This document shows positions 58,566 through 64,000 of a DNA stretch of 64,000 nucleotides, one piece after another. The stretch lies in contig JAHPZE010000009.1 of assembly GCA_019058365.1 (NCBI GenBank), forward strand, positions 1 to 64,000, written 5' to 3'. The translations under genes were made by a program, and so were the position numbers. The notes under the pieces are model-generated. The model did not search any database, was not told where the DNA came from, and worked only from the letters and a program-made list of their open reading frames with translations. This DNA is from Promethearchaeota archaeon (lineage in GTDB: Archaea > Asgardarchaeota > Lokiarchaeia > Sigyniarchaeales > SOKP01). The number at the start of each line of letters is the position of its first letter. The first letter of the stretch is position 1.

Positions 58566-60209
58566 TTATTTTATAAATTCACTATACTTTTGACTGAAAT
58601 ATTTTAATATGAGAAATCTTGCAGGTTGAAAGTGTTGAACATTGCCTTGAAAATTTTTAAGATCTTTACTGAATTTTTGCTCAAATTCTCTTGAAAACTC
58701 ATCAATTTTTTTAAATAAAACGGGTAATTCCATTGAAGTAATCAATGCAACTATATGATACTTTCCATAAGTAAATAGGAGAGTAGCCTCTTCTTTTTGG
58801 ATTTGTCTAAGCTGTCTTTTACTATGAGTTATTTCGGATATTATAGTAATTATTCCACTTAAGGCTCCACTAACAAGATCTTCATCGAAGTTTTCGTCAA
58901 TTGTATCTTCCTTTATTTCACTTTTATGCTCAAAACTGTAATTATAAAGACAAACTCCACTTTTATTAAAAACAAAAATATTTTTAAGAGAATCTGCCCA
59001 ATTTTTTTCTGTAGATACTAAGAATTCTTTCATCGTCATCATCCAAGCCAAAAGAATAACCAATATGAATCCATTTAGAAGATCAGGAAAATCCGGTACA
59101 AAATTATTAAGATTAGGAAATCTATTATACAAATCATTTATAAAAATATTAAAAATATATCCCAGAATTGTTCCAAAGAACAATAATGACATAAAGAGTC
59201 CATTTATTCGACCCCGAAATTTCAAATTACCTCTCTCCGTAGAAAAATCTCCTGAAATTGTAAAAATAGCAAGTAAGAGGGGCAGTATTGAGAAACCATA
59301 ATGAATAGAGAGTACAATTTTTCTTGGCATACCAAAAATATAGTCTGAATCAATAAATGAGCCATACGAAATAAGAAAAAATGAAAGAACCACAATTCCT
59401 AATACAATTGATATTTTACGGCCAATATTATCCAAACAGCATCCCGCAGCCATAAGATATAAAAATGATGCTAAAGCAAATATAAAAAAATCTACTTCAA
59501 ATCCATATCCCGCTAATAAATTTCCTAAAATGAAACTTAATACAGTAAAACTAGAAGAGTATCTAAAAAAATGTTTTTCGAAAATTATATTTAAATATTT
59601 TTTATCAGATTTCAATCTTTTTTCCGTTTCTATGTATTTGTATTTACGGGAATACCAAAAAACAATTACAAAAATGCCTAATTCTACAACGCCTAAATAA
59701 ACATATAAAAATTCAAAAATGATAAAAATAACAGAAATAAATCCTAAGGAAAAACCACAAATCATTAAATAGGTCGTTATTCTTCCTCGATTTAAAATAT
59801 TGGTTTCATGAACTAATATCGTAAACCATAATATAATTAAATGAGGAATGGTTAAGAGCACAAGCAATAAACCTAAATAATATAAAATTAATCTAGGAAT
59901 AGCACTTATAAAAAGACCAGAAATGCAAATCAGAAATATTAGATTAAAGCATCTGGTCCTATTCTTTATTTTATCCACGACAATACCAGATATGAGAAAA
60001 CCAATAGCAAGAATTACTAAAAAAACATAAATTTCTAATCCTACAACTAAAACACCGCTAGTTAATATTGTATACTTAAATAAAAAAGCTTCAGCTATTA
60101 ACGTTATAGCGAGTAAAGAGAAAAATAAATAAACTAAATTAATCCTGGGCAAATTAATGTCTCTTGTGAAAACTTTAACAAACCAGTGTTTTAACGATTC
60201 TCTTTTCAT
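58566..60209 (-). CDS. MFS-longin fusion, tandem paralog
   Basis: Shares YKYIETEKRLKSDKKYL, TISGDFSTERGNLK and DEDL.SGALSGIITIISEIT with 56711..58366. Confidence 0.78.
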   Translation of the reverse strand: MKRESLKHWFVKVFTRDINLPRINLVYLFFSLLAITLIAEAFLFKYTILTSGVLVVGLEIYVFLVILAIGFLISGIVVDKIKNRTRCFNLIFLICISGLFISAIPRLILYYLGLLLVLLTIPHLIILWFTILVHETNILNRGRITTYLMICGFSLGFISVIFIIFEFLYVYLGVVELGIFVIVFWYSRKYKYIETEKRLKSDKKYLNIIFEKHFFRYSSSFTVLSFILGNLLAGYGFEVDFFIFALASFLYLMAAGCCLDNIGRKISIVLGIVVLSFFLISYGSFIDSDYIFGMPRKIVLSIHYGFSILPLLLAIFTISGDFSTERGNLKFRGRINGLFMSLLFFGTILGYIFNIFINDLYNRFPNLNNFVPDFPDLLNGFILVILLAWMMTMKEFLVSTEKNWADSLKNIFVFNKSGVCLYNYSFEHKSEIKEDTIDENFDEDLVSGALSGIITIISEITHSKRQLRQIQKEEATLLFTYGKYHIVALITSMELPVLFKKIDEFSREFEQKFSKDLKNFQGNVQHFQPARFLILKYFSQKYSEFIK

Positions 60210-60329
60210 TAGAACTAAATAGTATTGATTTCAGTATTATTTGTTAGGGTAACTTGTTATTTAATCTTTATGTCAGAACTTTCTCATAAATTTTAATTGA
60301 AATACAATTCTTTTTATACTTGATAAAAC

Positions 60330-60809
60330 ATGAATAAAATAAAGCGAGTTTTATTTGTTTGTCTAGGAAATATTGCAAGATCTCCAGTAGCAGAATACTT
60401 AGCTCGCTACTATGCTAGAAATCTTGAAGCAGATTTGAAAATCGATTCATGTGGCTTTTTCAATGCTTTTAGTTATATGCAACCAGAATCTCGTAATTAT
60501 TTGGATTCAAAAAAGATAAATCACTCAAACTTTATTCCAAAAGTAATTAATCGTAATTTATTAAAGTCCCAGGATTTAATCCTTACAATGGAAAGAACGC
60601 ATTCGAATGATATTAAGAACAATTTTAGTGATATTATTGATATTGAAAAAAAGACTTTTACATTAATGGAGTTTAATGGGGAAACTCATAATGTCGATAT
60701 TATTGATCCCTATTGTACCACTGATGACACCTATATAAAAGTTCTTAGAATAATCGATGAAAATGTTGAGAAAGCTATTATAAAAATTATTAAAATTAAT
60801 GAATCATAG
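60330..60809 (+). CDS. Low-molecular-weight protein-tyrosine phosphatase
   Basis: CLGNIARS and DPY. Confidence 0.9.
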   Translation: MNKIKRVLFVCLGNIARSPVAEYLARYYARNLEADLKIDSCGFFNAFSYMQPESRNYLDSKKINHSNFIPKVINRNLLKSQDLILTMERTHSNDIKNNFSDIIDIEKKTFTLMEFNGETHNVDIIDPYCTTDDTYIKVLRIIDENVEKAIIKIIKINES

Positions 60810-60899
60810 AAAATCGTAATTTAAAAAGATAAGGTTTTAATTAGATAAGCGTCTTTCCAATAAAAAAATATAAATATAATTTCAAAGGTTCTATTTTTA

Positions 60900-61445
60900 A
60901 TGAATCAATTATTATTAAACAATTCTATTCTTGAAATTTTCGTAGGAGATTTAACCAATATCGAACAATATGATGCACTCGTTATTCCAACCAATAGTAG
61001 ACTATTACCCAGTGGCGAACTAAGGTGTAAAGTTTTAAGAAAAGCTGGAACACAGGTTCAAGTTGAATGTAATAGAATAATCAATAAGATTGTTCATATT
61101 TCTGTAGGATCATCTGTAATGACATCGGGAGGAAATTTAATAAAAAATATTATACACACGCATGGTCCAAGACCAGGGCAAGGAAACGAGGGAAAGAAGT
61201 TAATATTAGCTACATGGAATTCATTAACATTAGCAGATGAAAGTGGAATAAACTCTATAGTATTCCCCCCAATATCTATAGAGATGCGTGGTTTCACCGC
61301 AAAAGTTTGTGCTGAAACCATGTTACCTGCAATAAAGAAATATCTTTTGGAAAAAAATGAGAATTTAAGAAATGTTTCAATTTGTTTAGAAACTGAAGCG
61401 GATTATAAGGAATTTGAGAAAATTTTAGATACTTTATCTCATTAA
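60900..61445 (+). CDS. Macro-domain protein, degenerate
   Basis: GDLT..DALV, IIHTHGP and SIVFPPIS are present; the GGG and GxxG loops are altered. Confidence 0.85.
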   Translation: MNQLLLNNSILEIFVGDLTNIEQYDALVIPTNSRLLPSGELRCKVLRKAGTQVQVECNRIINKIVHISVGSSVMTSGGNLIKNIIHTHGPRPGQGNEGKKLILATWNSLTLADESGINSIVFPPISIEMRGFTAKVCAETMLPAIKKYLLEKNENLRNVSICLETEADYKEFEKILDTLSH

Positions 61446-61619
61446 TATTGCCTTTTTCAAATTGAAACACTCCTTTTTTAGTAATTTTATAATATTTGTT
61501 CTCTAATAACTAACTTAATTTTTTTGAATTAAGTTTTTAAATAAACTAAATGCTAATAATTATTAAATAGATATTTGTTAATTTTTATACTTAATTTTAG
61601 AAATTAGGGTTTATAAATA

Positions 61620-62147
61620 TTGGAACAATATAAAAAAGAGTTAAATGAAAGAATATTTAATCCAATTGAAAATATTAATTCAGTTAAAGGATTTGAAATT
61701 ATAACTGAATCCTTAGTCTATAAAGTTTATGATGTATTTGGCCGTAATAGCTTACTTTCAATTCTATATCAAACTGGAGTCTTTCCTGGCACTATTATTG
61801 CGGAGAGAATAAAAAAGGAATATAATAAAGAAAAATTTGAAATCATGGAAGCTTTAGTAATTCTAATGGATGAATTAAAAGAATTTTATTCAATACAAGT
61901 TCGAGATATTGAACAATATGAAGATAGATATAGGGTTATCATCGAAAATCACTGCTTTTTACGTAGACCAATAAGTCATCGCGAAAAGCTAGATTATGGA
62001 AAAGCATTTTGTAGGATTAATAAGGGATATTTTGAGACTGCCTTCCAGAAACTCTTAGGGGATAATGTAAAGAAAATTGAAATAAATTTTCTTGAAAATG
62101 ATGCTGAGAAAGACGTATGTGTAGAAGAACTTACTTTTTATATTTAA
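61620..62147 (+). CDS. V4R/Bet3-superfamily domain protein
   Basis: LYQTG..PG, CFLR, FCRINKGYF and a terminal C. Confidence 0.6.
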   Translation: MEQYKKELNERIFNPIENINSVKGFEIITESLVYKVYDVFGRNSLLSILYQTGVFPGTIIAERIKKEYNKEKFEIMEALVILMDELKEFYSIQVRDIEQYEDRYRVIIENHCFLRRPISHREKLDYGKAFCRINKGYFETAFQKLLGDNVKKIEINFLENDAEKDVCVEELTFYI

Positions 62148-62352
62148 TATAATCTTTAATATTTTTTAGAAATTAAGGATATAAAAACAGGTTTTTAATT
62201 TTTTTATAAATATAGAAGACGAATTAAATACATTAAATCGATTAAAGAAAACATATCATTTTCTTTTTTTGAAAAAAAAATATAATATATGTTAAATTAA
62301 ACATAACAAAATTCTAAATTAAAATTAATATTTAAGAGGTTGAAATATAAAA

Positions 62353-63528
62353 ATGACTGATATTAAAAAGATTGTAGCTTTAGGTGTAGGGCTTATGGGT
62401 GAAGGAATTGCCCAAGTTGCTTTAATGGCAGGCTACAATGTTACATTAGTAGATATCAAGGATGAGCTAGTTAATAAAGCGTATTCAGGCATAGAAATAG
62501 GTTTGAAAAAGTCTGAGGAGAAAGGGCAATTAGGTGAAGGTGTGACTGCTGCAGATGTAATGGCAAGATGTAAAAAATCAACTGACTTAGCTTCTGCTGT
62601 GAAAGATGCTGATATGGTTATTGAGGCAATAGTTGAAAAAATGGCTCCAAAGAAAGAAGTATGTAAGACAATAATGCAGAATGGACCCTCGCATATCATT
62701 TTTGCGTCTAATACTTCCTTTATGAGCATAACTGAAATGGGAAAAGATAGCGGAGCTCCGGATAGGGTATGTGGAATGCATTTTTTCAATCCCGTTCCTT
62801 TAATGGCGTGTATTGAAGTAATTAAAGGAGAAAAAACTTCCGATAATACATTTAATAAGGCAATGGAAGTTGCTAAATCACTTCCTGTTCTGAGAGGTAA
62901 AAGATTCATCGCACCTGTATTGAAGGATAGACCTGGATTTATTGTAAATAGAATGAATGCTCCTGGAAACATATATATAAACTGGATCCTTGATAAAGCT
63001 GCAGAGAAAGGAATTGCATGGGATCAAATAGATGCTGATGTGGGAAAACTTGCTGCTATGCCACCTTGTGTTTTAATGGATTATGTTGGGATTGATACTA
63101 TGGTACATGGAATGAATTATAATGCTGAACTTCTACATCCTGATTTTAAACCAGGAAAAGTACTCACTGAAATGTATGAAAAAGGCAATTTAGGGAGAAA
63201 AACTGGTAGAGGTTTCTACGATTGGAGTAAGGGTCGACCACAGCCTGATTTATCTAAAAAGTCTGGATTATTCAATTTAAATGCGCTATTTGCAATTGCC
63301 TTAAATGAAGGTTGCCGTATTTTAGAAGAAGGTGTTGCAAGTGGTTTTAAAATAATCGATGATGCAAATATGGCAGGAATGAATACTCCTGGTCCATTTG
63401 GAGCAGGTAAAAATAAATATGGAGAATGGTCTGAATTACTAGAAAAACTTGCGGTTGAGACAGGAAAGGAATATTTAAAGCCTTGTAAATTGATGAAATC
63501 AGGAGAATTTGTTAAAATGCGAAAGTAA
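62353..63528 (+). CDS. 3-hydroxyacyl-CoA dehydrogenase, paralog of 45893..47083
   Basis: GVGLMGEGIA, ASNTS, GMHFFNP; C-terminus PCKLMKSG.FVKMR shared with the paralog. Confidence 0.93.
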   Translation: MTDIKKIVALGVGLMGEGIAQVALMAGYNVTLVDIKDELVNKAYSGIEIGLKKSEEKGQLGEGVTAADVMARCKKSTDLASAVKDADMVIEAIVEKMAPKKEVCKTIMQNGPSHIIFASNTSFMSITEMGKDSGAPDRVCGMHFFNPVPLMACIEVIKGEKTSDNTFNKAMEVAKSLPVLRGKRFIAPVLKDRPGFIVNRMNAPGNIYINWILDKAAEKGIAWDQIDADVGKLAAMPPCVLMDYVGIDTMVHGMNYNAELLHPDFKPGKVLTEMYEKGNLGRKTGRGFYDWSKGRPQPDLSKKSGLFNLNALFAIALNEGCRILEEGVASGFKIIDDANMAGMNTPGPFGAGKNKYGEWSELLEKLAVETGKEYLKPCKLMKSGEFVKMRK

Positions 63529-63697
63529 ACTAAAAGAATTTAACCTATATATTCTCATTTTTTTTTTATTATGTTAAAGTACGATTATTTCAAAAATCAA
63601 TTTGAAAATTTTTAATTCGAAAAAAAATAATACTAGATATTTTAAAACAATAAATAATGAGAAATAAAATAATAGAAATTAAAAGGTGGAAAATAAA

Positions 63698-64000
63698 ATG
63701 GCTGAAGAATCAAAATTTGAGCATTTAAAAATTGAATGGCCCACAGCAGTAGATGAGGAAGGAAATGTTATAAGAGAAGGTACAATTGATGGAAATTATG
63801 CTGTAATTTCAATAAACCGTCCAGATAGATTGAATGCCCTAACTGACAAAGTAGTTGCTGAAATTTCTCAAGCACTAAGATTGATGGAATGGGACGGTTC
63901 AATACGAGCAGTTGTATTACGAGGTACAAAAGAGATTACAAAAAAACCATCCTTTTCTGTTGGAGCGGATTTAACTGCGTTATTTGATCCAAGATTAAAA
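63698..64000 (+). CDS. Enoyl-CoA hydratase family protein (partial, runs off window; not in ORF track)
   Basis: MAEESKF...ISINRPDRLNAL...FSVGADL, with AGGTGG upstream. Confidence 0.85.
   Translation, partial: MAEESKFEHLKIEWPTAVDEEGNVIREGTIDGNYAVISINRPDRLNALTDKVVAEISQALRLMEWDGSIRAVVLRGTKEITKKPSFSVGADLTALFDPRLK

Noticed and set aside
3129-62972. Many short antisense or nested ORFs (e.g. 32475..32945, 62433..62972, 4713..4922, 12021..12248)
   Set aside because: They are shadows of well-supported genes with no recognisable motifs.

Overview
AT-rich, gene-dense archaeal DNA, most likely an Asgard archaeon of the Lokiarchaeia type. The taxonomic call is inferred from several Rab/Arf-like GTPases, longin-domain fusions, a V4R/Bet3-like protein, an IPGY-type C-terminal sorting signal, a short XPF and a PUA/MCT-1 protein. 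About 57 CDSs cover fatty-acyl metabolism (FadD, ACAD, two 3-hydroxyacyl-CoA dehydrogenases, two crotonases), amino-acid catabolism (HypD glycyl-radical enzyme, tryptophanase, PepD), nadB, transporters and surface proteins. I saw no rRNA, tRNA, CRISPR array or transposase. Four observations stand out. (1) An ~18-kb region carries two complete PlsA/PlsR(Ger)-type activase-reductase sets; the three-gene set lies next to PlsC-family acyltransferases, which suggests a fatty-acyl ester-to-ether/plasmalogen lipid pathway in an archaeon. (2) A Rab-like GTPase is fused to a ribbon-helix-helix DNA-binding domain, and its promoter carries two pairs of ATGTAC boxes at 11-bp spacing around the TATA box. 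(3) A ~100-nt hairpin with strand-specific G-U pairs lies in a long 5' leader. (4) Tandem MFS-longin fusion proteins are flanked by two LMW protein-tyrosine phosphatases. All family calls are from motif recognition by eye; no database searches were run.
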